44,126 bases of DNA from Candidatus Saccharibacteria bacterium RIFCSPHIGHO2_12_FULL_49_19 (GTDB lineage: Bacteria; Patescibacteriota; Saccharimonadia; Saccharimonadales; UBA10212), in NCBI GenBank assembly GCA_001788565.1, contig MGCX01000043.1, positions 1 to 44,126 of the forward strand, read 5' to 3'. A program made the position numbers and the translations under genes. Position 1 is the first letter of the stretch. The number at the start of each line of letters is the position of its first letter. Of the stretch, positions 14,423 to 22,949 are shown piece by piece. The notes under the pieces were generated by a model. It did no database searches and had not been told where the DNA came from. It worked only from the letters and a program-made list of their open reading frames with translations.

Positions 14423-17035
14423 TTAGCGTAACCGGATGACCATCTCTTGGCTATCGGCACTAATGGGAGCTTGGGGCTTGGCCTGCCCTGTAGGACTGGT
14501 AGAGCTTTGAGCCGGCGGTTTCCTACGGCTGCGACGCCGACGCCTCTTAGTAGCTGACTGCGGCTGTTCAGCTGCGCTCAAACTACCAGCCGCCAGTTTG
14601 CCGATATCGGACGGTCTTTCCGGATGCGCTGGAGGGGAAGCACTTTTGGGGGCAGGTGCAGCTGGGGGTTGGGGTTTTTTGGGCTGATTTTGCTGACGGT
14701 CCATTGCCAGACCGGCGGCGCGGCGAACAATATCTTCTACCACCGGTCGCTCTTGGGCGTAGCGCTGGCGGGATAATTCGATTATCTGGGTTGAGGAATC
14801 TTGTGCCGGTAGTGGCAAGTTCAAGGTCTTGGCCGAAAAAGGCGGAGCCTTTTCGCCATTGATCATCATGGTGATCACAAAATATCGTGAGTGCTGGGCT
14901 ATCAAATCGGCCTCTTCGAATTGTGGTTCAAAGTATTTTTTCAAAAAAGGCGCGTCATCCGGACTAACCCTAAAAGTTATAATGGTGCCGACGTTGCCAA
15001 ACACCGCATCGCGGACCGGCTCACTCATCTGTGAGATGTATTGATTAGCAACTGTAAGAAAGAGATTATACTTTCGGGCCTCCGATAGGATAGCCGCGAA
15101 ACTGTCAGTGGCAAAGTTCTGGAACTCATCGACATAAAGATAAAACGGCCGACGCTGCTCCTGAGGCACGTTGGCTCGACCCATAGCGGAAAGCTGGATT
15201 TTAGTGACCATCATGGCGCCTAAAATACCGGCGTTGTCCTCGCCCATTAGTCCGCGGGAAAGATTGACGATCAAAATCTTACCCTGGTCCATAATCTGGC
15301 GCAGATTGAAGGTGCTTTTGGGCTGGCCGATAATGTTTCTAACCATCGGATTGGCCGTGAAAGCACCCACTTTGTTCAGCACCGGAGCCACTGCCTCGGT
15401 AGCAAACCTTTCATTCCAGCTAGCAAATTCGGTTATCCAGAAGTTCTTAACTACCGGGTCATCGATATGAGTGATGACCAAGTCGCGGAACTTTCGGTCA
15501 GTCAGCATCCTGGTGATATCCAGCATTGTGGAGTTGGGGTAATCCAGAAGCGCTAGTAAGGTGTAGCGCAGGATGTATTCCAGACGCGGTCCCCAGCTTT
15601 CGGCAAACAAGCGTTTGAGTACCCCGACTAACTCTGAGCTGACATGGCCTTTGAGCGATGGGTCGCCAACTTCCAGGGGATTAAAGCCGATTGGGTAATC
15701 GGAGTCCGCCGGGTTGAAGTAAACCACGTCATCAACTCTACGCGGCGGAATGAAGCTTAGCACGTTCTGGGCGTAATCGCCGTGCGGGTCAATGACCGCG
15801 AAGCCCTGATCATAGTAGATATCAGACAGCGTTAATAGCTCTAAAGCGCCGGATTTACCAGTTCCGGTTTGACCAAGGAGGTAAACATGTCGGCCGCGGT
15901 CTTCGCGGTTAAGGCCAAAGACGGTGTTATCACCACGGAAATTGGTCACTCCAAACAGACTAATGTCGCGTTCGTTGCCGACCACTTGCACTGGAATATT
16001 GGGCGGCGGTTCAGCCGTTTTGGTAGTAGCCCAGACGATATTAGGTGTTTCCACGGTGGTGTGCGGCAGGTGGAAAAGACTGGCTAACTCCTCAATATTT
16101 AAGATAAAGCCGTGATCGATGAAGAAGCGGGCCTGATATTCCAGCTGCTTATCACGGTCAAAACTCTGATGCTTAACCTCAAAGCCGTTTAGATTGGTGG
16201 TATTAAACTGCTTGAAGGCGCCAACCAGAGCCTGCATGCGCAATCGGGCGGTGTGTTGATCATGACCGGCGTACATTATTCTGATTTTGACTTGGTAACC
16301 AAGCTTGGTGCTCTTTTCCTGGATGGCGGTTATGCGGCTTTTGTCCCGCTCAGGGAGTTCTGCCGGGGTCCCGGGGACCCCCAAGCCGGCTTCCGGTGGT
16401 TTGGACAACGCTCCGAGCATCTGGGCGGCGTAGCTGACTGCGGAGCCTCCGCTGCCTCCGCCCAAGACTCCCCCGCCCCTTTTAATTCGATCTACCATTT
16501 TTTGGCCGCGCCTATGCCAATCATCGGGTATCGGCCGGGTAATCATCTGTATCCACATCTCTTCATCCTCTTTATCGAGTTTGGCTAGAGTGGCCGTGAT
16601 AGCCGCCAAGGGGTCTACCTCGAAGTTGGGGAAAGTCTTAATCGGCAGAGTCTCGTTGTCGGTTAGCGTCAGCTCACTGGAGTGGATGACACTCTGGTGC
16701 AGGCGGCGCTCGGAGTAATCCTCTTCCTGCTCGTAAATCTGCACCGTGGGGTATTGAGCATAGATCTGCCCTTCAACGAAGGCCTGTAATTGCTTGGGCG
16801 CCCAAATATAAAAGCGCAGACGCTGTCCAATAGCGGCTACCTCCAGGCTGATATGCTCCTGCAGCGAACTGGACCGCCGTAGTTCCTTCTTGGAGCGCAA
16901 AATCCCATGCAGGGAGGCCAGCATCTGCTCGGCAGCCAACTCTTTTTTATCATTGGTGCGCGGTACCTCCAGCAGCAGCAAAGTATAGTCGTGGCCCGGA
17001 TGTACGCTAACCTTACCTCTATTCAGTAAGCCCAT
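14423..17035 (-). CDS. VirD4/TraD-like (type IV coupling protein family) P-loop ATPase, soluble form
   Basis: Walker A GQTGTGKSG, Walker B FYLYVDEFQNF and TraG-D_C-like ARKYNLFLTVANQYISQM. The ~380-aa N-terminal domain is of unknown type. No TM helices. The C-terminal tail is Pro/Ala-rich and poly-Arg. Confidence 0.7.
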   Translation of the reverse strand: MGLLNRGKVSVHPGHDYTLLLLEVPRTNDKKELAAEQMLASLHGILRSKKELRRSSSLQEHISLEVAAIGQRLRFYIWAPKQLQAFVEGQIYAQYPTVQIYEQEEDYSERRLHQSVIHSSELTLTDNETLPIKTFPNFEVDPLAAITATLAKLDKEDEEMWIQMITRPIPDDWHRRGQKMVDRIKRGGGVLGGGSGGSAVSYAAQMLGALSKPPEAGLGVPGTPAELPERDKSRITAIQEKSTKLGYQVKIRIMYAGHDQHTARLRMQALVGAFKQFNTTNLNGFEVKHQSFDRDKQLEYQARFFIDHGFILNIEELASLFHLPHTTVETPNIVWATTKTAEPPPNIPVQVVGNERDISLFGVTNFRGDNTVFGLNREDRGRHVYLLGQTGTGKSGALELLTLSDIYYDQGFAVIDPHGDYAQNVLSFIPPRRVDDVVYFNPADSDYPIGFNPLEVGDPSLKGHVSSELVGVLKRLFAESWGPRLEYILRYTLLALLDYPNSTMLDITRMLTDRKFRDLVITHIDDPVVKNFWITEFASWNERFATEAVAPVLNKVGAFTANPMVRNIIGQPKSTFNLRQIMDQGKILIVNLSRGLMGEDNAGILGAMMVTKIQLSAMGRANVPQEQRRPFYLYVDEFQNFATDSFAAILSEARKYNLFLTVANQYISQMSEPVRDAVFGNVGTIITFRVSPDDAPFLKKYFEPQFEEADLIAQHSRYFVITMMINGEKAPPFSAKTLNLPLPAQDSSTQIIELSRQRYAQERPVVEDIVRRAAGLAMDRQQNQPKKPQPPAAPAPKSASPPAHPERPSDIGKLAAGSLSAAEQPQSATKRRRRRSRRKPPAQSSTSPTGQAKPQAPISADSQEMVIRLR

Positions 17036-17074
17036 TTAACCTCTAGCTTCTTTCACCTAATAATTATACACCTT

Positions 17075-17140
17075 AAAAACAGGGCTGGAGGGATGTAGGG
17101 TTGTAGCGAAACTGTAACCCTTTGACCCTATAACCCTCTA
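17075..17140 (-). repeat. GGGTT/AACCCT palindromic intergenic element, copy B (terminator-like)
   Basis: The minus strand reads TAGAGGGTTATAGGGTCAAAGGGTTACAGTTTCGCTACAACCCT...CCCTGTTTTT, directly after the stop of the 17144..18178 gene. It has the same orientation relative to its upstream gene as copy A. Confidence 0.6.
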
Positions 17141-17143
17141 TTT

Positions 17144-18178
17144 TTATTCAGCCAAACCGTAGGTGGCCTTAGCCACTCGCTTGAACTGCGGTTTACCCTG
17201 CAGGTTTAATAGCACCGTGGTTTCTTTAACATGGCGTGTCTTGAGCACGCGCCGGACAATCTCGTCGCGGTGCAGCGGACCACCTTCTTTTCGAAGAATT
17301 TCAGCGATTACGTCAGCAACGGTTCCCTTTTTATAGCCCCACTCTTTAAGAGCATAGATACCTCTGCCGATTAAAACGAAACGCTCATCTTTTATAAGCT
17401 CGTTATGGATCGCTTGGGTAGTGACATCCTTGCGCTTGAAGTTGCTCTGCTTGATGCTATCCGCAATTTCCGAAAAGTGCATCGGTTTTTTGTTGTCATG
17501 TAAAATAACGTAAATCTTATCGCGGATATTCTTAGGGTTAACCATCGGCCACTTAACCAGTCCCCAGCGACCGCTTAGTGTCGCGACCTGCTTGGAAATA
17601 CCAGCTAGTGCTTCAACGTGCTTGATGTCACCGCTGCCAATGCTACCAGCGATTGATTCAATGGTCGTAGGTTCACCAATTCCCTTGATAGCGTCGATAA
17701 TCTTATTGACTGATTCGCGGATAGCTTTTTCAGTATGGCGGCTAGCCAGACCAACAGCGTGGAAGAAATGGTCATTGTCGTCAATGACTGCCAGCTTGGG
17801 CGCCAAGTGTGCTAAGAACGCTACCTTGGACTGATCGGTCTTGTTATTGGCCGGTGCCAGTTTAGCGGTTAGATCGGAAACCCTGGCAACATTGCCCATA
17901 TCTTTTAAGTGCGTCGATATTACTTCTTCGGCATGTCCAATATGCGGCAGATCCTTTTTGGCACTTTCTTTTAGGCGGTTGACTACCGCTTTTTCCAGCT
18001 GACGAACTCGTTCACGGGTGATGCCCAGAAGCTCGCCTATCTGTTCCAGAGTCTCTTTTCGGTCGAATAGCCCAAAACGCCGGGCTACGATTTCCCGCTC
18101 CCGCTCCCGGTCAATAGTACTCAATATGTCGTTGACGACATTATCGATATTAAGCTCCGAAGTAGTTATTTCTGCCAT
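17144..18178 (-). CDS. DNA-binding protein with a sigma-70 region-4-like HTH and tandem HARE-HTH-like winged helices
   Basis: ETLEQIGELLGITRERVRQLEKAVVNRLK. C-terminal units are MHFSEIADSI...GRGIYALKEW and TVADVIAEILRKEGGPLHRDEIV. Confidence 0.65.
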   Translation of the reverse strand: MAEITTSELNIDNVVNDILSTIDREREREIVARRFGLFDRKETLEQIGELLGITRERVRQLEKAVVNRLKESAKKDLPHIGHAEEVISTHLKDMGNVARVSDLTAKLAPANNKTDQSKVAFLAHLAPKLAVIDDNDHFFHAVGLASRHTEKAIRESVNKIIDAIKGIGEPTTIESIAGSIGSGDIKHVEALAGISKQVATLSGRWGLVKWPMVNPKNIRDKIYVILHDNKKPMHFSEIADSIKQSNFKRKDVTTQAIHNELIKDERFVLIGRGIYALKEWGYKKGTVADVIAEILRKEGGPLHRDEIVRRVLKTRHVKETTVLLNLQGKPQFKRVAKATYGLAE

Positions 18179-18223
18179 AAAAAATACCTGTTAGCCCTGA
18201 ATTTAAAGCTATTGGTTAATATA

Positions 18224-18252
18224 ATTATAAAACCTATTATTTTAAAAGTCAA
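18224..18252 (-). promoter_or_regulatory. near-consensus sigma70 promoter (TTGACT-17 nt-TATAAT) for the HTH gene
   Basis: On the minus strand the -35 is plus-strand 18247-18252 and the -10 is plus-strand 18224-18229. The ATG at 18178 is 45 nt beyond the -10. Confidence 0.55.
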
Positions 18253-18387
18253 GTTTCAAGGGAACTGCTAATATTGTATCAGAAGTTAGACGCCTCGGCT
18301 ATAATCCGGTTATGTATATCTGGCAGTATAATATTTTGCCAAGGTGAAAAAATTGTGGAAAAACATAGCAAAAAACACGACGGACCT

Positions 18388-20676
18388 CTATTTTTTCGGC
18401 TTGGCCCAACGCCTTTGTGTCGGAGGATTCTCTAGAAGCTTGGTTGCGACCTTTTGGGATATCTTCTTGGGGTTCTCATCTTTGGGTATACGGACATTGT
18501 GCTTACCATCGCTTACATACGGACCGTATGGGCCGTTGAGAATCTTTATTTTGCCGAAGTCAGCAATTACCCTTTCCTTTTGGGCTTTTTTCTTCTGAGC
18601 GATTAACTGACGGGCTTGAGCTTCCGTTATCTTGAAGGGGTCATTATCTTTAATGCTGACAAACAGCTTTCCAACCTGTACATAGGGCCCAAAGCGTCCG
18701 ATATTGGCGGTTATCAGCTCGCCATCAGCTGCCTTGCCTACCTGCCGGGGTAGGCTAAACATCGGCATCGCCTGCCCCAGAGTAACATCTTCCAGTGAGA
18801 CTCCTTCTGGCATTGGTGCGAACCGGGGGGCGGCCGACTTATCATCCTTGTCCTTGGCGCTTTCCCCCATTTGAAGCACCGGTCCATAACGACCAAAGCG
18901 GGCGATGATGGGCAGGCCGGTTTTATTATCTTTACCAAGGGTGCGGGCTTGTGAAACCTCAGCTCTGGTAGCCTTCTCGGACTTGGACATTAACGGATGG
19001 AATTGCCTATAGAATTTGTTGAGCATCGCTACCCAAGCAAGTTTACCGGAGGCAATATCATCCAGTTCGTCCTCGGCCTTGGCGGTAAAGTTATAGTCTA
19101 CGATATCAGCGAAGTACTTTACCAAAAAGTCGGTGACGATCTCTGCCAGAGTGGTCGGTATCAGCTTATTATTGTCGGCGCCAACAGTCACATCGTTCTT
19201 ATTTTCAGTGATTTTACCAGCCCGCAAAATAAGTTCACTAACTTGTCGTACTTCGCCTTCGATATCTTTCTTCTCGACGTACTCACGATCCTGGATAGTA
19301 CCTATGGTCGGCGCATAAGTGCTGGGCCGGCCGATACCTAACTCCTCAAGCTTTTTAACCAAGCTTGGTTCGCTATAACGAGCTGGCGGTCGGCTAAAAC
19401 CTTCAGCGGCGCTTATTTGCACCGGTTTGAGGGACTGGCCTTCTTTTAACTCTGGCAGTATGCGATCATCTTTGCCGCCACCATAGATTTTTAAATAGCC
19501 ATCGAATTCGAGGGTTTCGCCAGTGGCTATAAATTCCTCTTTCTTACTACTGATATCGATAGCGACTTCTGTCCGCTGTATCTGGGCCGATGCCATCTGG
19601 CTGGCAACTGCCCGTCTCCAGATAAGCTCGTATAACTTTACTTGTCGCGGGTCACTTCCGGCTCCGAGCTTGTTAAGATGTGTAGGACGAATGGCTTCGT
19701 GGGCTTCTTGTGCCGTTTTAGATTTTGTTTGATACTGACGGCTCTTCAGATACTTTTCGCCTAGATTCTTGATGATATAGTCCTTGGCTGCTCCGATGGC
19801 CAGTGGGGACAGATTGGTGCTGTCGGTACGCATATAGGTAATGTGCCCGGCTTCGTATAATCTTTGGGCTAAGATCATGGTCTGGCGAACCGAGTAGCCC
19901 AAGCGTCGTCCGGCCTCCTGCTGGAGCGTACTGGTAGTAAATGGTGGTGCTGGTGATCGGCTGCCCGGTTTTTGCTGGATATCAGAGACCGTGAAGCGGG
20001 CGTTCTTTACATCACTCAGCCACTTTTTGGCTGTATCTGCATTGGCGATCTTTTTGGATAGCTCCGCCGGGAATTCCTTCTTGGCGTCAAAGATGGCGGA
20101 GACTTTGAACTCGCGCTCGGCCTTGAAGGACTTGATCTCACGCTCCCGCTCTACAATTAGCCGAACCGCTACACTTTGGACCCTCCCAGCGCTCAAACCG
20201 GTGCGGACTTTACGCCACAGGATGGGGCTAAGCTCGTAGCCAACCAATCTATCAAGAACGCGGCGGGCCTGCTGGGCTTCAACCAGCTTCATATCAATGG
20301 ATCTGGGATGGGCAACCGCTTCATTAATAGCCGGCTTGGTAATTTCATGAAATACAATCCGCTTGGTGCTAGATGGCTTAACTCCTATAGCGATACAAAC
20401 GTGCCAAGCTATCGCCTCGCCCTCTCGGTCACCGTCGCTAGCCAGCCAGACTTGAGCACCTTTAGCGGCAGTTTTGAGAGCTTTAATAATTTTTTGCTTA
20501 TCTTCGGTTATCTCGTAGGTCGGTTTGAAGTGGTTTTTGATATCAACGCCTAGGTCTTTTTTAGGTAGATCACGGACATGTCCGTAGCTGCTCTCTACCC
20601 GAAAGTCAGCTCCTAAGAAGCCGGCGATGGTCTTCGCCTTAGCCGGACTCTCCACAATGACGAGATTTTTAGGCAT
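18388..20676 (-). CDS. topA: DNA topoisomerase I
   Basis: Toprim LVIVESPAKAKTI, DGDREGE and active-site ITYMRTDS. C-terminal Cys-less GRFGPYV/GPYGPYV repeats. Confidence 0.95.
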   Translation of the reverse strand: MPKNLVIVESPAKAKTIAGFLGADFRVESSYGHVRDLPKKDLGVDIKNHFKPTYEITEDKQKIIKALKTAAKGAQVWLASDGDREGEAIAWHVCIAIGVKPSSTKRIVFHEITKPAINEAVAHPRSIDMKLVEAQQARRVLDRLVGYELSPILWRKVRTGLSAGRVQSVAVRLIVEREREIKSFKAEREFKVSAIFDAKKEFPAELSKKIANADTAKKWLSDVKNARFTVSDIQQKPGSRSPAPPFTTSTLQQEAGRRLGYSVRQTMILAQRLYEAGHITYMRTDSTNLSPLAIGAAKDYIIKNLGEKYLKSRQYQTKSKTAQEAHEAIRPTHLNKLGAGSDPRQVKLYELIWRRAVASQMASAQIQRTEVAIDISSKKEEFIATGETLEFDGYLKIYGGGKDDRILPELKEGQSLKPVQISAAEGFSRPPARYSEPSLVKKLEELGIGRPSTYAPTIGTIQDREYVEKKDIEGEVRQVSELILRAGKITENKNDVTVGADNNKLIPTTLAEIVTDFLVKYFADIVDYNFTAKAEDELDDIASGKLAWVAMLNKFYRQFHPLMSKSEKATRAEVSQARTLGKDNKTGLPIIARFGRYGPVLQMGESAKDKDDKSAAPRFAPMPEGVSLEDVTLGQAMPMFSLPRQVGKAADGELITANIGRFGPYVQVGKLFVSIKDNDPFKITEAQARQLIAQKKKAQKERVIADFGKIKILNGPYGPYVSDGKHNVRIPKDENPKKISQKVATKLLENPPTQRRWAKPKK

Positions 20677-20727
20677 GAATTAGTTTCAAGAGTTCAGTGT
20701 AATTAGCTTAAGCTGGGAATGCAAACT

Positions 20728-21603
20728 CTATATCGCTATCCAGCGGCCGGCTCCCTGTGGCCGGACAGCGCCAGCTAGCTCTAAGTCGGTCAAGGTCGAA
20801 TACAACTCGGCCGCATCAAGCTTCGCGGTGCGAGCTATCTCATCCTGATCAGACACACCCGATAGTATCAGCTCCAAAACAGACCTCTGCAGAGTGCTGA
20901 AGCTCTTACTTTTGGCGACCGATATTTTTTTAGTTGGCTTAATACCCAGTGCCAACAGTACATCGCTAGTGTCGGTAACCGGAACAGCGCCGCTTTTTAT
21001 AAGATTATTGCAGCCCTCCGATCCGGGCTGGTTAATGTTGCCGGGAACGCTCATTACAGTCTTTCCCTGCTCTAGGGCGAACCGGGCGGTGTGCATGGTG
21101 CCGCTATTGGCAGCAGCTTCAGTTATTAACAGTACGTCTGCTAGTCCGCTAACAATCCGATTGCGGGCAATAAAATTCTCTTTATAGACCATGTCTTTAG
21201 CGGAGTACTCGCTGATAAGTGTGCCACCCTTGCTTAGTATCTGATTGGCTAGGTTGAAATGGGAGGCCGGGTATATATTGCTGAGCGCTGTTGGCAGGAC
21301 AGCGATTGTACAGCCTTCAGCTTCCAGGGCTGATTGATGGGCGATTGAGTCAACCCCTAAAGCCAAGCCGCTGATAATTACAACTCCCTGCGCAGCCAGC
21401 TCGTAGCTCAAGCGCTGACTTACAAATCGGCCATAGGCGCTATTTTTTCGGCTGCCGACAATTGCGACCTTTGGCAAAGCGAGCCAATCGACAGGTGATT
21501 TTCCCGCCCAAAAGAACTGCTTAACTGGAGGGTCGGTGTACTTTAAACTATCCGGAAATAAGGGGTCGTTAAGCGAAAGCGTGTTGACATTATTTATAAA
21601 CAT
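20728..21603 (-). CDS. dprA: DNA processing protein DprA
   Basis: VAIVGSRKNSAYG, GLALGVDSIAHQ and a C-terminal winged helix. It lies upstream of topA, a common pairing. Confidence 0.9.
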   Translation of the reverse strand: MFINNVNTLSLNDPLFPDSLKYTDPPVKQFFWAGKSPVDWLALPKVAIVGSRKNSAYGRFVSQRLSYELAAQGVVIISGLALGVDSIAHQSALEAEGCTIAVLPTALSNIYPASHFNLANQILSKGGTLISEYSAKDMVYKENFIARNRIVSGLADVLLITEAAANSGTMHTARFALEQGKTVMSVPGNINQPGSEGCNNLIKSGAVPVTDTSDVLLALGIKPTKKISVAKSKSFSTLQRSVLELILSGVSDQDEIARTAKLDAAELYSTLTDLELAGAVRPQGAGRWIAI

Positions 21604-21612
21604 GTAGCAGCA

Positions 21613-21641
21613 TTGACATTAAGACATTTTTTTGCTAGAAT
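21613..21641 (+). promoter_or_regulatory. near-consensus sigma70 promoter (TTGACA-17 nt-TAGAAT) facing away from dprA
   Basis: -35 at 21613-21618 and -10 at 21636-21641. It sits back-to-back with the dprA start region. Confidence 0.55.
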
Positions 21642-21648
21642 TGCAATT

Positions 21649-22118
21649 CGTAAGTCCAATATATGGATCTTACGCACCTTATACCCCCCATTTCTAACAT
21701 CTTGTTAGATTGTTTAAGAGACTTGGTCAATCGGTTAGTCGTACCCTCCACTAACTATCTGACCCCAGCCTCATTCTTGCCTCTTTGCAGTATAGGCCGA
21801 CTTTAGCCCACTGGCAATTGGTTAAGCTAAAAGAGGTAGAAATGAGGCTGGGTGCTCTTAAACAAACTAACCCCTTTAACTTCCACACCCGTATAAACTT
21901 TCCTAGAAAGTTTATACGGGCAAGTCCCATTCAATGTGGGTGAGCAGGTCCGTCTCACGGCGGACGATCACCTCGGTGATCGACTCGAGCACTCAGCTTA
22001 TTTAGCAGTCTTCGAAGTTTTGCTTTGGTGGGGTTGAAGGGTGTTTCCAGGGCTTGACTATTAAGGCTCAAGCCTCGAAATGAGCTCCATAGGTGCCCAC
22101 CCCCTCTGGAGCTCTTTT
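21649..22118 (+). ncRNA. candidate structured non-coding RNA of unknown family (~470 nt)
   Basis: Runs from the promoter at 21613 to the terminator-like hairpin at 22082-22118. Contains a 22-position helix (21765-21786 with 21830-21851) in which 21 positions pair, two of them G-U pairs that work only on the plus strand. Also has a 10-bp closing helix and a 14-bp perfect hairpin. No ORF of 60 aa or more lies within it. Confidence 0.35.
22082..22118 (+). terminator. terminator-like hairpin
   Basis: GAGCTCCA / TGGAGCTC 8-bp stem followed by TTTT. The 17-nt loop is large for an intrinsic terminator. Confidence 0.4.
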
Positions 22119-22304
22119 CGTATCAAGAATATCAAGTTTTGGCTGAGCCGCGAGCACCGTTTCTAAAAAGTGGGCTGCTAGCAACTATTATTTACTGGAG
22201 CACTGCGCACGATCTTGTTCAAGGCACCTCGGAAGCGCCAAATGTGTTAAAGTCGAACATATTTGGTGACCCGCAAGTGCCGAGAATGAGATTGTATGCA
22301 GGAC

Positions 22305-22940
22305 CTATACCACTGTTCGGGTATCGTGTGGCAGCTGCCCGCCAAAAATATACTCGGTTATTAAAGCCGCTGCTTCACGTAAAATTTTTGGTAAGCTGCC
22401 CTGCTCCTCTTTAGTGAACTTAGCTAAAACAAAGTCAGCGCTGTCTCTGGAGCTGGATTCTGCATTACCGACCCCAATACGTACCCGTCCGAAGTCGTCA
22501 CCCAAATGTTGTATTAACGACTTCACTCCGTTATGTCCGGCGTCGGAACCTCCCGCCCTGGTTCTAATTTGGCCAAACGGTATCGCCAATTCGTCATAAA
22601 CCGCTAGGGTCTGTGGATTATATATTCGATAGAATCGCTGGATTGCTCGGCCAGCCTCACCACTATTGTTCATGTAGGTATCCGGTTTTGCGAGTATCAC
22701 CCTACTCTCTCCCAGATCCTGCATACTTAGGTCGGCCATAAGATCTTTTTTACTAACCCAATTCGGGAAATCGTTGATTTTAGCGAATTCATCAATCACT
22801 TTAAAACCGACGTTATGGCGGGTGTCACGGTATTTGCTCTCAGGGTTTCCCAGTGCGATCACTAAAATGGTTCTACGCGTACCAATGGTATAAGCTGGGG
22901 CGCCAGAAGTAAGTATTGGTCTTTTCTCGAATAATGCCAC
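22305..22940 (-). CDS. pth: peptidyl-tRNA hydrolase
   Basis: ALGNPESKYRDTRHNVGF and GHNGVKS. GTG start with a ~25-aa N-terminal extension. Confidence 0.9.
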   Translation of the reverse strand: MALFEKRPILTSGAPAYTIGTRRTILVIALGNPESKYRDTRHNVGFKVIDEFAKINDFPNWVSKKDLMADLSMQDLGESRVILAKPDTYMNNSGEAGRAIQRFYRIYNPQTLAVYDELAIPFGQIRTRAGGSDAGHNGVKSLIQHLGDDFGRVRIGVGNAESSSRDSADFVLAKFTKEEQGSLPKILREAAALITEYIFGGQLPHDTRTVV

Positions 22941-22949
22941 AGTCTAATT

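Noticed and set aside
21663-21806. A 47-codon ORF (MDLTHLIPPISNILLDCLRDLV...) starting 14 nt after the predicted start of the candidate ncRNA.
   Set aside because: It has no SD and no recognisable peptide features. It runs through the helices that carry strand-specific G-U pairing. It is kept only as an alternative to test by ribosome profiling.
21888-21920. The 14-bp hairpin CCCGUAUAAACUUU-CCUAG-AAAGUUUAUACGGG, resembling group II intron domain V (CCGUAU...AUACGG).
   Set aside because: It has no AGC triad, no 2-nt bulge and no GNRA loop. There is no GUGYG 5' end, domain VI or intron-encoded protein, and the whole gap is too short for a group II intron.
21649-22118. Assigning the structured region to RNase P RNA, tmRNA (smpB is present at 39.7 kb), SRP RNA or 6S RNA.
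   Set aside because: There is no GGAAAGUCC / ACAGAA..GGCUUA P4 pair at a suitable spacing. The only weak look-alikes are ~75 nt (plus strand) or ~150 nt (minus strand) apart. There is no GGUUCGAnUCC T-arm with a CCA end, and no GGAA-capped SRP helix 8. At ~470 nt it is too long for 6S. The family is left unassigned rather than forced.
22139-22414. A 91-aa plus-strand ORF overlapping the 3' end of pth.
   Set aside because: It overlaps a well-supported gene on the opposite strand, has no start context, and its sequence is low in information.
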